Shown: positions 27,129 through 36,300 of the stretch, piece by piece | Numbering within the stretch: position 1 is the stretch's first letter | Layout of the letters: each line of letters starts with the position of its first letter | From: a virus | DNA length: 43,318 bases | IMG/VR virus record: IMGVR_UViG_2554235473_000004 | Span: 1 to 43,318 of that record | Strand: one strand, 5' to 3' | The notes under the pieces: model-generated | Seen by the model: only the letters and a program-made list of their open reading frames with translations | Database searches by the model: none | What the model was told of the DNA's origin: nothing | Position numbers and translations under genes: made by a program

Positions 27129-27667
27129 TCCTCGAACAGCTCCCGGACCGTGTCATCGCCTTGGAAGATTGTCGTCCAGATGCCCGGGTCCCGGAACGAG
27201 TCGTCGACAGCGAAACACGAGAGGGCCTTCCGAATCGTCTCCGTCCCCTCCATCGCGTCGCCGTGGAGCTGTTCGAGCTCCTCGCCGGTGACTCCGTTGT
27301 TGCCAGCGCTGCCGATAACCTGGAGCGCCTGTCGCTGTGCCTCCTCGAACGCCGCGATGTGTTCGCTGCCGCGTTCGAGCCGGTCAGCGAGTTCGGGGCG
27401 GTTCTCGGCGATCGCCGAGAGGTCGGCCCCGGTCGCGTCGACAGGTCGATAGAACTCGATCTCCGTCGCGTGGCGCTCGATGGCGACCGTGTCGAGGACG
27501 CGCTGCTCGAACAGCTCCGCAGCCGCGCCGTACACCTCGACGGTCTCCTGAAGGCGCTCCTGCTGCGCCTTCTCGCGCTCGTCGACGTACTCCCGGGCCG
27601 CGTCAGCGTTCTCGAAGCGGTCGAAGTGATCCGTCGTGTCACCCGATGCTGCGCCAGACATGGTCAC
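27041..27667 (-). CDS. Tail assembly chaperone
   Basis: Between the tail tube and tape measure genes; carries the slippery site. Confidence 0.85.
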   Translation of the reverse strand: MTMSGAASGDTTDHFDRFENADAAREYVDEREKAQQERLQETVEVYGAAAELFEQRVLDTVAIERHATEIEFYRPVDATGADLSAIAENRPELADRLERGSEHIAAFEEAQRQALQVIGSAGNNGVTGEELEQLHGDAMEGTETIRKALSCFAVDDSFRDPGIWTTIFQGDDTVRELFEDFLTEGDREKLEERRAVLQNMVGDGASTN

Positions 27668-28161
27668 TGAGTCGAGAACTCGTGTTTGATCTCACCCATC
27701 ACACGCAGCGTGATAGTGGCGTTCGCGGGGTCGCCGCTCGCGAAGCTCTCCTCCGTCTCCTCGACGCGGACCCGTGCCATCTCTCGCTGGATGACCTCCT
27801 CGCCGTCGGCGTCCTCGCGGTCTTTGAAGACGTAGAGGCGGACGGCATCGTGGACATCGTTGAAGATCCGCTTCTTCGAGGTGTCGTCGACCACACCGAG
27901 CTCTTCGAGGTCGGTTTCGGCGTCGTGGTCAAGCGGGACCTCGACCGTGTAGTCGACGTGTTCGGTTCCAGATTCGCGGTGGCGAGAGGCGTTCGGCTCG
28001 GACTCCCACTGGTTCGTGTTCGGGGTGATCGAGATCTCGCCCGCCGTTCGGGTGAGGAACGTTTCCGTCTCTTCAGTCGCTCCAGGGCTCTCGACGAGCG
28101 AGACGTCGGTCCAAGCCCCGGAGAGCGTTTCAGTTGCGTCGTAGTTGCTTGGTGCGGACAT
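27664..28161 (-). CDS. Major tail (tube) protein
   Basis: Position; beta-rich acidic 165-aa protein. Confidence 0.8.
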   Translation of the reverse strand: MSAPSNYDATETLSGAWTDVSLVESPGATEETETFLTRTAGEISITPNTNQWESEPNASRHRESGTEHVDYTVEVPLDHDAETDLEELGVVDDTSKKRIFNDVHDAVRLYVFKDREDADGEEVIQREMARVRVEETEESFASGDPANATITLRVMGEIKHEFSTQ

Positions 28162-28200
28162 GAGTGCGTAGTGTTCTGTTGAATCGGGTTGGTTGGCGAG

Positions 28201-28716
28201 CTATGCTTGCGGACCGTCGTCACCGACGACCGTCCGCGTGACGCTCCAGCGCCCGGGGAGCGACCACTGGGCGCCCTCATCGGCCTCGATCATGTCTGAC
28301 CCGCCGATAGAGCCGTTCGGCTGTACGTACGGCACGCTGAACGCGATGTTCGCACGGGCCCCTACGTGGCTTAGCAGGTGATCCATGTACGACTCCGACA
28401 GCCCGAGCGCCTCGTCCTGGTCGACGGCCTGCCGCCAACCGAGGCGGGCGTTGACCGTCGCCTGGACGATGAACGTCGCGCTCGTCGACGAGGAGTTCGA
28501 CGTCCCGTCCCCGCCCCGCATCAGCCCGATGCCGATGCCGACCGGGTAGTCAGTGTCTTGGATCGTCTGCTGGGAGTACACCTGCGAGACTGGGTTATCG
28601 GGACCGTTGACGTCGTCGAGGTCGGTCGTGTCCAGCGCATCGAGCAGAGGCTGGTAGCTCCGCAAATCCCTGAGGATCGCGTTTCGGAGCTGGCCGCTCC
28701 CGAGATTTCGTGTCAT
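28201..28716 (-). CDS. Tail terminator/completion protein
   Basis: Position after the gp10-like gene; start MTRNLGS at an ATGA overlap. Confidence 0.7.
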   Translation of the reverse strand: MTRNLGSGQLRNAILRDLRSYQPLLDALDTTDLDDVNGPDNPVSQVYSQQTIQDTDYPVGIGIGLMRGGDGTSNSSSTSATFIVQATVNARLGWRQAVDQDEALGLSESYMDHLLSHVGARANIAFSVPYVQPNGSIGGSDMIEADEGAQWSLPGRWSVTRTVVGDDGPQA

Positions 28717-29099
28717 GAGACCCTCCGGACGGCGTTGTTCCACGCCTTCGTGCCCTCATCTTCGAGGGCGCCGCGGTGTTCTTCGATCGCCGGCGCGACG
28801 TGCGGCTTCCCCGTGTCGAGGAATTCTTGAAACGGCGCGTACTCGACGTCGGACTCGACGATACCCTCGATCACCAGCCCGAAGGCCGCCTCCATCGCCT
28901 CACGGACCTCAGTCTCGTAGGACGCGCGCAACTGACCCGTGTCGACGTTGACGAGCCGCTGGACGGTCTGGAGGACATCGCCCATCAGCCGGTCGATGGC
29001 GTCTTCGAGCTCCTCACCGAGCGCTGCGATGAACTCGTCGAGCGTCTCTTGCATCACCGGCGGGTCCGAACCGCGGACCCAGCGGAAGTCGGTGTCCAT
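28713..29099 (-). CDS. HK97 gp10-like neck/tail component
   Basis: VNVDTGQLRASY...VEYAPFQEF...PHVAPAIEE. Confidence 0.88.
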   Translation of the reverse strand: MDTDFRWVRGSDPPVMQETLDEFIAALGEELEDAIDRLMGDVLQTVQRLVNVDTGQLRASYETEVREAMEAAFGLVIEGIVESDVEYAPFQEFLDTGKPHVAPAIEEHRGALEDEGTKAWNNAVRRVS

Positions 29100-29527
29100 C
29101 AGTTATCCTCCGAGTCGACCTTTTCGACCTCGATGACGACGTGACTCGGGCGCTCTGGCCCTTCGTAGTGGACGTCGACGTCGGTCACGGCGAACTGTCC
29201 CGCGAGGCCAGCGATCGTCAGCCGCCAGTCGTCGCCTTCGTCGACGGCGACCTGGTACTCGTAGTCGGCGGGCTCGCCGTCAGGCGCGGTGTCGACCATC
29301 TCCCCGGCGGCACGCGGCGGGAGGAAGACGCGCGGCGTCGAGTAGACTCGGCCTCCCTGATCCTCCCGGACGTACCCTTGGCCGGCGGGCTCGAACCGCC
29401 CGGGCTCGCCGTCGACGACGGTGGCCCACTCCTCGACAGGAATGGTGCCGCCGGCGCCGTCGTCGACAGTCTCGCCAGTCTCCTGGTAGTGCTCGACCGT
29501 GACGAGATGGGTGAGCGTGCCGCGCAT
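29099..29527 (-). CDS. Head closure (head-tail joining) protein
   Basis: Position; beta-rich pattern. Confidence 0.65.
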   Translation of the reverse strand: MRGTLTHLVTVEHYQETGETVDDGAGGTIPVEEWATVVDGEPGRFEPAGQGYVREDQGGRVYSTPRVFLPPRAAGEMVDTAPDGEPADYEYQVAVDEGDDWRLTIAGLAGQFAVTDVDVHYEGPERPSHVVIEVEKVDSEDN

Positions 29528-29530
29528 GGA

Positions 29531-29836
29531 TCAGCTCTCCGTGGTGTCGTCGGCCCCGTCGATAGCGTACGCGTCGATGATCGCCTCCATCTCACTGTTC
29601 CCATCGACGCCGTTGACGTCGCCGGCGGCGGCAAGCTGCTGGAGCGTCGAGTACCGCATCGTCCCGAGCTCGTCACGCGGGAGGCGGCCGTCCTCGTCGA
29701 GGCGCTCCAGGTGTCGGCCGAGGCCGTCGACGGCGCCGGCCGGCGGATCGATCCACAGCTCACCCGCGTCGCGGAGTTCGCCGCCACCGTAGCGGCAGGT
29801 CCGCGTCACGCGGTAGATGCTGGGTCGCTCGGTCAT
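29531..29836 (-). CDS. Hypothetical virion-module protein (101 aa)
   Basis: In the head-neck cluster; helical C-terminal motif YSTLQQLAAAGDV. Confidence 0.7.
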   Translation of the reverse strand: MTERPSIYRVTRTCRYGGGELRDAGELWIDPPAGAVDGLGRHLERLDEDGRLPRDELGTMRYSTLQQLAAAGDVNGVDGNSEMEAIIDAYAIDGADDTTES

Positions 29837-29838
29837 GA

Positions 29839-30249
29839 TCAGTGGCCTCCGGAAGTGTCGGGGACGTGGATGGACGCCGTCGGCTTCGCGGCGTTCGCGA
29901 GCGTTCCGGACTTGTCCATCGAGATCGCCTTCTGCCCGAGCGTCGTGGACCGTAGTGCCTCGCCGAAGTCACCGGCGTAGGTCTTCGCCTCACGGTCGGT
30001 ACTCTCGCGGGTCGTCTGTCGGAGGTCGTCGATGCCCGACGAGAGGATGTTGTGGCCGGCGAGGTACCGCTCTATCAGCCCGAGTCGATCCTCGGACTGC
30101 CCTGTGTCGGCGAGATCCTCGGTGACGACGAGGTGCGCCGGGTCGAGCCCGACTGTCTCGATCTGGGAGTTCGCCAGCTGGGCGGTCGGGAAGTCTGTCC
30201 GCTCCAGTTCGGCGCGGACGTCACCGACGCTGCTCCGGTAGTCCGGCAT
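29839..30249 (-). CDS. Head-tail adaptor (gp6-like)
   Basis: LIERYLAGH...STTLGQ pattern and position after the MCP. Confidence 0.75.
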   Translation of the reverse strand: MPDYRSSVGDVRAELERTDFPTAQLANSQIETVGLDPAHLVVTEDLADTGQSEDRLGLIERYLAGHNILSSGIDDLRQTTRESTDREAKTYAGDFGEALRSTTLGQKAISMDKSGTLANAAKPTASIHVPDTSGGH

Positions 30250-30252
30250 GAC

Positions 30253-30621
30253 CTACCCCCTCAGCGACCTGATGCGCTGTTTGAGGGCGTCGGTGGCCGT
30301 CTCCCGGTTCTTGCCCTCCTCCTCGGCATCTTTGATCGCTTCGAGGAGATCGACGTCGTCGACGTCATCGATCCGGTCGCGGAGCTCGTCGACGGTGAGG
30401 TCCGACGGGTCCGGATCGACCACGATCTCGTCGTCACTGTCGGTGGTGTCGGCCCCCTCTTTGGCTGTAGACGCGTCAGGATCGTCGACGCGAGTCAGGG
30501 AGTTGGGGTGCTTCTCCAGCGCCGACAGCGCGACCTCCAGCTCGTCGCCGCGCGTGTAGTGCTCGCGCTCGTGGAAGTAGTCGCCACGATCGACGCGAAC
30601 ACGGATGGTGTCGTCACTCAT
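30253..30621 (-). CDS. Hypothetical protein with C-terminal Rho-N/HeH-like motif
   Basis: DPSDLTVDELRDRI...EEEGKNRETATDAL; directly after the MCP. Confidence 0.75.
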   Translation of the reverse strand: MSDDTIRVRVDRGDYFHEREHYTRGDELEVALSALEKHPNSLTRVDDPDASTAKEGADTTDSDDEIVVDPDPSDLTVDELRDRIDDVDDVDLLEAIKDAEEEGKNRETATDALKQRIRSLRG

Positions 30622-30626
30622 GAGGT

Positions 30627-31790
30627 TCAGGCGTCGATCCCAGTCATCCGCGCGATGCCGCGGATGTTGTCCGGCTGGCGGCGGACGAACGGCGTCCGGC
30701 TGGAGATCAGCCGAGCGTTCAGCGCCGCGCCACCGTCAGACTCCCAGGTCGTGTTGGTCACGCCCTGCGCATTGACGATCTGGAAGTAGCGCGGGTCGTT
30801 CAGCATCAGGATCAGCGAGTCGCTGTCCAGCCGCGGCGCCGGCACGACGTTGAGGTAGTCGTACTTCCGCTCGATGCGCTCGGAGACCGGCTCGTCGGTC
30901 GCGCTGGTCTCGTAGTCCTCGCGGTCGTACTCGCCCCACATCGCGCGCGGGACAAGCACCCAGCCACCCACCTCGGAGACGAGCGGGACGTCGTCCTCGT
31001 CCTCGACGTCGGTCTGGTTCTCGACGGCGTCGTGGAGGGTCTTGAAGTCCTCCAGGATGTTGTTCGGGTCGGCGACCCAGCCGCTGGAGCCGGATGCCTG
31101 GACGATCTGGTCGATGTCGCTGTCGAGGCCCTTGACAGAGATGAGCCCGCGCTCAGTCTCGACGTTGCCACCCCAGCCGTCCCAGAGCATGTTCGACTCC
31201 GAGCGGTTGAGGGCGCGGCGGGCTTCGGTCCCGACGCTGTCGTCGAAGTCCTCACCGAACGCCTGGGCGTTCTGGTACTCCCGGGCGTCGATCTGGTACT
31301 GGACCTGATGAAGCGGCAGCGGCACACCGTCCAGTCCGAATCCGGTCATCTCCTGCTCGGACTGGGTCCGCATGTTCATCCCCGTCTCGGCTTCGAGCCG
31401 GGTGTTGCTCATCGGGTTGAAGTAGGCGTACCGCGACAGCGACGAGGACACGCCGAAGCCGGCGCCGATGAGCTGATCGACGAGGGTCGACTCCACGAAC
31501 TGGCCGTCGAGGACCATATCAGTGATCTGGTCCCACGAGTCGACGACGAGCGTCGAGTCCGCGGTCAGCTCTTGGAGGTCACTCTTGTCGCTGGTCGACG
31601 TGACGCCGGTCGCCTCGTCGAGCTTCTTCCAGGTGTCCGGATCGAAGACGGAGTTCGCGCGCAGCTGCGCGAGCGCCTGCTTCCGGACGTCGGGTCGCGG
31701 GTTGAACAGCGCGGCCTGTGCGGTCAGCGGGATGGACGACTCGAACTCCTTGGGCCCTGAAACCGAGGGCTCAGAAACGTTAGTGCTCAT
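30627..31790 (-). CDS. Major capsid protein (HK97 fold)
   Basis: 387 aa; position after the protease and decoration genes; PLPLHQVQYQIDAREY, NMLWDGW. Confidence 0.9.
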   Translation of the reverse strand: MSTNVSEPSVSGPKEFESSIPLTAQAALFNPRPDVRKQALAQLRANSVFDPDTWKKLDEATGVTSTSDKSDLQELTADSTLVVDSWDQITDMVLDGQFVESTLVDQLIGAGFGVSSSLSRYAYFNPMSNTRLEAETGMNMRTQSEQEMTGFGLDGVPLPLHQVQYQIDAREYQNAQAFGEDFDDSVGTEARRALNRSESNMLWDGWGGNVETERGLISVKGLDSDIDQIVQASGSSGWVADPNNILEDFKTLHDAVENQTDVEDEDDVPLVSEVGGWVLVPRAMWGEYDREDYETSATDEPVSERIERKYDYLNVVPAPRLDSDSLILMLNDPRYFQIVNAQGVTNTTWESDGGAALNARLISSRTPFVRRQPDNIRGIARMTGIDA

Positions 31791-31792
31791 GT

Positions 31793-32278
31793 TCAGTAGA
31801 ATTCGACGACGAGGAGGTCGTCCTCGTCAGTGCGTTCGATCAGCTCGATGCCACGGCCGACGGGCGTGGTCGGGTCCGTCCCGGCGCCGTCGATGTCGTC
31901 GGTGATCAGGCCGTCCGCGTCGAAGCCGACTTCCGTGTCGGTCGGGTCGGCGGTCGCGTTCGGAGAGACGCGAAGCCGGGCGCGGTCGTAGCGGTGGAAG
32001 CCCACCGTCTCGACGTTGTCGCCGGCGTTGTAGCTCTGGTCGAGCGCGCTGGTGCCGGTGTCGCTGACAGTCATCCCGCCCCGCGGCGGGTTCCGCTGCT
32101 CGCGGACGATCCGCTTGGTGTCCTCGTCGGCGCCGGCCTGTCGGACGTGCCAGTCGCCGTCGGCGTCCTTGTAGACGACGGCTCCGGTGCCGGGGTCGAG
32201 GGCCGAGTCGGCCTCGCCTTCGAGGTAGCTGTTGTCGTTGTGTACCTGCGCCGGGACGCTCTGGTGTTCTGGGATCAT
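31793..32278 (-). CDS. Capsid decoration/cement protein
   Basis: Between the protease and MCP; beta-rich 161 aa. Confidence 0.7.
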   Translation of the reverse strand: MIPEHQSVPAQVHNDNSYLEGEADSALDPGTGAVVYKDADGDWHVRQAGADEDTKRIVREQRNPPRGGMTVSDTGTSALDQSYNAGDNVETVGFHRYDRARLRVSPNATADPTDTEVGFDADGLITDDIDGAGTDPTTPVGRGIELIERTDEDDLLVVEFY

Positions 32279-33786
32279 CAGTTGTCCTCCTTGACGCCAG
32301 TCCCGTACTCGTCGACGGCCGAGTCAGACCCCGCGGTCAGCGACGCCGCGGCGCCGGTGTTCCCCGGCAGGTTCGCCGCGGCCTCGCCGCGGACGCGCTT
32401 GAACTCCTTCTCGACCAGCGTGTCCGCCGAGGCCATGAGGTCCTCGCGGTCCTCCTCCTCGTAGTCGTCGCTCTTCGCGACGATCTCGTCGACCTTCTCC
32501 GCCTTCTCGTTCTTCGCCGTGGCCTGGTCGACCAGCTCATCGGCGTCGTCCTCGGTGACGAAACCCTGCTCTCGCAGCGCGTCACCGAGCTCGTCGACAG
32601 TCATGTCGCCGAGCGTCTGTCCATCCCCGCCGGCGTCGCCGTCGGGGCCGTCCGATCCGTCGTTCGTACCGCCGTTGGTGTCTCCCATGTCTGAGGTCGT
32701 GTCCGCACCATCGCCGGATTCCGCCGGCTCGTCGTCATCCGCTTCGCCTGCCGTCACCTCGCTCGTCTCATCGATCACGCCGTCCGGCGCGACCGCCACG
32801 AACGCGGAGTCGAGGTAGTACCCGCCGTCGCTCCGCGGAATAGGCTCGGAGACGTCGCCGTCCGCGTGATACCGCAAGAGCGCGAACAGCGTCTGGTCCT
32901 CTTCGATCGACTCGTCGAGGCTGATTCGCGAGCCCGTCGGGTACTCCCCCGGCTCGTACGGTTCGCTCATCCCGATCTCGGGACCAAGCCCGTCGCCGAC
33001 GTCGGGGTACTCCTCGCCTGGCGGGTGGATGGAGATCATCCACGGGGCGTCATCGAAGCTCGCGTCCTCGACGTCGACCGACTCGCCGTCGGTGGTCTGG
33101 TCAGCGAAGAAGACACCCCCGCGTCGGTCGCGGGAGTCGATAATGCCGAAGTGTTCGGCTAGCCGCTTGATGAGCCCACGCGTGTCCTCGTCTTCCTCGA
33201 CGTCGGCGGCAGTGAGTTCTGAGCCGATGTCTGCCGTCTCGGTCCACGAGGCGAGGGCCTGGTTTGGCCCCCACGTGGCGGTGTTGCTGGGTGAGTCTCC
33301 CTTCGAGACCACCGAGAGGTCGCCGAAGGTGATGTTGACAGCCTTCAGGTCCGCCTCCGCGCCGTCGTAGGACTCGGTGTCGAAGAACGGGTGGACGGAG
33401 ACCTCGTAGCTGCCGCCCTGGACGCCGCTGGCGATCGTCTCGTCGTGCGTGACCGCCTCGTAGCCGACGCCCTCGTGGTCGTCTACCCACCCGGCCTTGT
33501 CGACCTTGCCGAACGTCTCGTCGACATCCGGCGGGTACTTCGGCCGACCTTGGTCGTCCTCGGGGTGGTCTTTTGTGAGCGGTTCGCCCGCCTGCGACTC
33601 CGCGGCGGCTTGGAGCTCCTCGTCAGTAAAGAGAACCCGCTGGCCGTCTCGCGTGTGGAGGATGTCGCCGGCGGCGACGGCGATCCCGCCGAAGCGCCAC
33701 GGCGGACCATCCTCGTCGCCGTCTGCTGCTGCGGTGAGTCGGTAGGAACGCGCCGACACCCGCAGGTCTTGGTTGTGGTTGTTCAT
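32278..33786 (-). CDS. Prohead protease/scaffold (DUF2213-like) with an inserted surface-protein-like domain
   Basis: N-terminal PLTKDHP...YEVSVHP...DLSVVSKG protease-like domain; acidic helical C-terminal scaffold. Confidence 0.82.
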   Translation of the reverse strand: MNNHNQDLRVSARSYRLTAAADGDEDGPPWRFGGIAVAAGDILHTRDGQRVLFTDEELQAAAESQAGEPLTKDHPEDDQGRPKYPPDVDETFGKVDKAGWVDDHEGVGYEAVTHDETIASGVQGGSYEVSVHPFFDTESYDGAEADLKAVNITFGDLSVVSKGDSPSNTATWGPNQALASWTETADIGSELTAADVEEDEDTRGLIKRLAEHFGIIDSRDRRGGVFFADQTTDGESVDVEDASFDDAPWMISIHPPGEEYPDVGDGLGPEIGMSEPYEPGEYPTGSRISLDESIEEDQTLFALLRYHADGDVSEPIPRSDGGYYLDSAFVAVAPDGVIDETSEVTAGEADDDEPAESGDGADTTSDMGDTNGGTNDGSDGPDGDAGGDGQTLGDMTVDELGDALREQGFVTEDDADELVDQATAKNEKAEKVDEIVAKSDDYEEEDREDLMASADTLVEKEFKRVRGEAAANLPGNTGAAASLTAGSDSAVDEYGTGVKEDN

Positions 33787-33870
33787 GTCATGTTGAAGAG
33801 GTCAGTCGCCCAGGTCCTCGCCCCTCACGCTGGTGCGTGGATTCGAACGGGGGTCATCGGCCGGGCGCCG

Positions 33871-34731
33871 CTACAGTTGCTGCACGTCGGTCACCCGCCA
33901 GTCACACCGGCAGTGCCCGTGGACCGGGATCGGGTTCTGGTTTTGCGCCTCCTCAAGCGTCCACGACTGCGCCGAGAGCGCAAGGCAGCGCTCGCACACC
34001 CGGTCGTCGCCGGCGTCCTCGTAGGAGACGTCGACGTCGAGTTGGACGTCGGCCCGGACGCGGTCGTAGGCCGTCAGCTTCGTCGTCGAGTACTGGTTGA
34101 CGACCCGGCCGCTGGCGGTCGAGGTGACCTGTGACTTGTAGACCTGAGCGCGCTCGGTGACGTCGGTTATCAGCTGCGTCTTCGAGACCTCGCCGGCGAC
34201 GCCAGCCGTCACGAGCGAGCGCGCATCACTGGCGTAGTCGTCCATCCACGACGCGACCCGCTGGCGTGTGTCCTCCTGCGAGAGGTCGATCTGCGTCTGG
34301 ATGGTATCCTGCTCGACGACGTCGTCGACGGGGTTGGGGTCGACGTCGAACCCCCGGAGCTCGCCGTTCGCCTTTCGGACCGCCGTTCGACTGGCATGCT
34401 CGAACCAGTCGCGGACCTTCCGCGCCTCGATTGGGTCGAGGACCTCCGTCTGGATCGCCTGCTGGATCCAGCTGTCGAAGCGCCGGGCCGTCTCCGCCGA
34501 CGAGAGGTCTGCCCAGCGCCCGCCGACGCCGTCGCCCAGTCCGAGGGCATCCTCTTCGACGAGTAGCTTCCGGACGTCAGCGTTCAGATGGCCGATCCGG
34601 CCACGGAGGAATCGGGCGAGGGACCGCTGGATAGAGATGGTACTCGTGGGGTCGACACGATTGGGCTCTTCGAGGGCGTAGTCCGCGGCTGTCACTTGGT
34701 GGCCGTGGGTATGTGCCCGGGCACTACTCAT
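33871..34731 (-). CDS. Minor head protein (Mu gpF/SPP1 gp7-like)
   Basis: AGDDRVCERC...IPVHGHCRCDW. Confidence 0.88.
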   Translation of the reverse strand: MSSARAHTHGHQVTAADYALEEPNRVDPTSTISIQRSLARFLRGRIGHLNADVRKLLVEEDALGLGDGVGGRWADLSSAETARRFDSWIQQAIQTEVLDPIEARKVRDWFEHASRTAVRKANGELRGFDVDPNPVDDVVEQDTIQTQIDLSQEDTRQRVASWMDDYASDARSLVTAGVAGEVSKTQLITDVTERAQVYKSQVTSTASGRVVNQYSTTKLTAYDRVRADVQLDVDVSYEDAGDDRVCERCLALSAQSWTLEEAQNQNPIPVHGHCRCDWRVTDVQQL

Positions 34732-36295
34732 CGTCCACCTCGCCGCCGTCGGCGACGGCCTCCTCGCCGGTGCCGTACTTCGCGGTCATCTCCTCGACGT
34801 CGCGAGCGCCGTCGGCCGCCGCAGATGCCTCCTCAAGGGCGGCCGCGTCATCAGGCGCCTCGTCGAACTCGCTCGGGAGGATGCCGTCCTCGATGTACTC
34901 GGCCTGTTGCTGGCGGGTGAGCATCGCCTCCGGCATCCCGCCGGTCCACTTTTTGAGGGCCTGCGCCCGCGTGTGCTGGATCTCCGCCTGGTCCTTCTGA
35001 CTCAGCTCGTGTAGCGGCGTCCACTCCACGGAGTACGATCCGGCGCCGTTCGACGGCGGCGAGACGACGCTGTACTCGATGAGCCGGTCGATCAGCTCAC
35101 GCACGATCGTCGGCGTCACGAACTGCTCGCGACGCTCTTGGATCTTCCCGTACCACTCCTTGAGGTCCTGCGTGGTCGCCCGTTCGCCGGTCTCGTTCCC
35201 TTTCAGAACCGACTGCGGGATCCCCGTCTGGGCGCTGATGGCCTCGACGTTCGGGTCGATCACCGGCTGCGGGTCGATGTCCTCGCCGCCGAGCGACTTG
35301 ACGTCATCGGCACCGTGCGTCCGGAGGACGTTTTCGAGCCCGGACTGCCAGCGGGCGAGGTGCTCCCGCATCTTTTCGCCATTATCCTCGACGTCGAACT
35401 CCGGCGCGATGTTGATGTTGATCCCCCACGCCGACGCCCGGTAGGCAAGTTCGCCGGCGCTCCCGAGCGTCTTTTCGATGTCGACGAGGTTGTTGTAGAC
35501 GGGTTGCTGGCGCGGGATGCCACGGACCTCGTCGTCGAGAAGCTGATCCGAGTGGATGTGGATGACGCGCGAGTGATGGACCCACATCGAATCGGGGCCG
35601 CCCTCGTCGATGGCGAACTCCTCGTCGTTCTCGTCGCTGAGGTCGAGCTCGTAGCGGATGGGTTCGCCCCACCGCCCCGAACCGGGGCCGCCAAGCTTGA
35701 CCTCCTCAATGGATTCTCGGGAGTACGGGCGGAGGCCCTGAAGACCAGTCGCGCCATTGACCTCGGCGCCGAAGCCTTCTTTCGGATCGCCATCGCCGAC
35801 ATCGTCCTGCTCGACGTCGTCGAACTCCAAGACGAGGACTCCGAACGTCCCGATGCCGGCGAGCATGTCCGCCCGACTCGCGTAGCTCCACAGGTCGTGG
35901 TCCCGGAGGAGGTCGTCGACGTCGCTCTCGAACGCAGTCTCGTTCTCGCCAGCCTCGGCGTCGTCGACGATCCGTGGCGGGTCACGCCACGACGTCATCG
36001 ACGGAAGGAAGGTCACTGCGTAGGCATACGGGTTCCGCAGCGCCATCGCGTAGTAGTCCGTCGCCGTCGGATTCGGATCCCAGTCGAAGACGTCGTAGTA
36101 GTCGTTGACCCCCTCGGCGTCGATGTTCTCGCCGAACTGGTTTTGGAGCGCCTCCCGCATCGCCATGTCGACCTGCGCTGCGGCGAGCAGCTCGTCCTCT
36201 CGGGCCTGCGCCTCAGCCTGAGTGTCGCTCGTCGCCTCAGTACCCCTATCGACGTCGCCGGCGTTGATACTCTCAGTGTTGTCTGTGTCAGTCAT
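34724..36295 (-). CDS. Portal protein (DUF1073-like)
   Basis: RADMLAGIGTFGVL, VHHSRVIH, ISAQTGIPQSVLKGNETGERATTQD; follows TerL. Confidence 0.92.
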   Translation of the reverse strand: MTDTDNTESINAGDVDRGTEATSDTQAEAQAREDELLAAAQVDMAMREALQNQFGENIDAEGVNDYYDVFDWDPNPTATDYYAMALRNPYAYAVTFLPSMTSWRDPPRIVDDAEAGENETAFESDVDDLLRDHDLWSYASRADMLAGIGTFGVLVLEFDDVEQDDVGDGDPKEGFGAEVNGATGLQGLRPYSRESIEEVKLGGPGSGRWGEPIRYELDLSDENDEEFAIDEGGPDSMWVHHSRVIHIHSDQLLDDEVRGIPRQQPVYNNLVDIEKTLGSAGELAYRASAWGININIAPEFDVEDNGEKMREHLARWQSGLENVLRTHGADDVKSLGGEDIDPQPVIDPNVEAISAQTGIPQSVLKGNETGERATTQDLKEWYGKIQERREQFVTPTIVRELIDRLIEYSVVSPPSNGAGSYSVEWTPLHELSQKDQAEIQHTRAQALKKWTGGMPEAMLTRQQQAEYIEDGILPSEFDEAPDDAAALEEASAAADGARDVEEMTAKYGTGEEAVADGGEVDDE

Positions 36296-36300
36296 GATGA

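Noticed and set aside
30627-31790. Encapsulin/linocin-type bacteriocin
   Set aside because: It lies in a complete head morphogenesis operon; it is the viral major capsid protein.
33820-33870. GTTCGAATCC...CCA on the minus strand between the minor head and protease genes, resembling a tRNA 3' end
   Set aside because: The flanks of the loop do not pair as a T-stem, CCA is only 7 nt from the loop, and there is no D or anticodon arm.
34724-36295. Possible anti-CBASS (Acb1) label often attached to DUF1073 proteins
   Set aside because: Size, motifs and position between terL and the minor head gene identify it as the portal.
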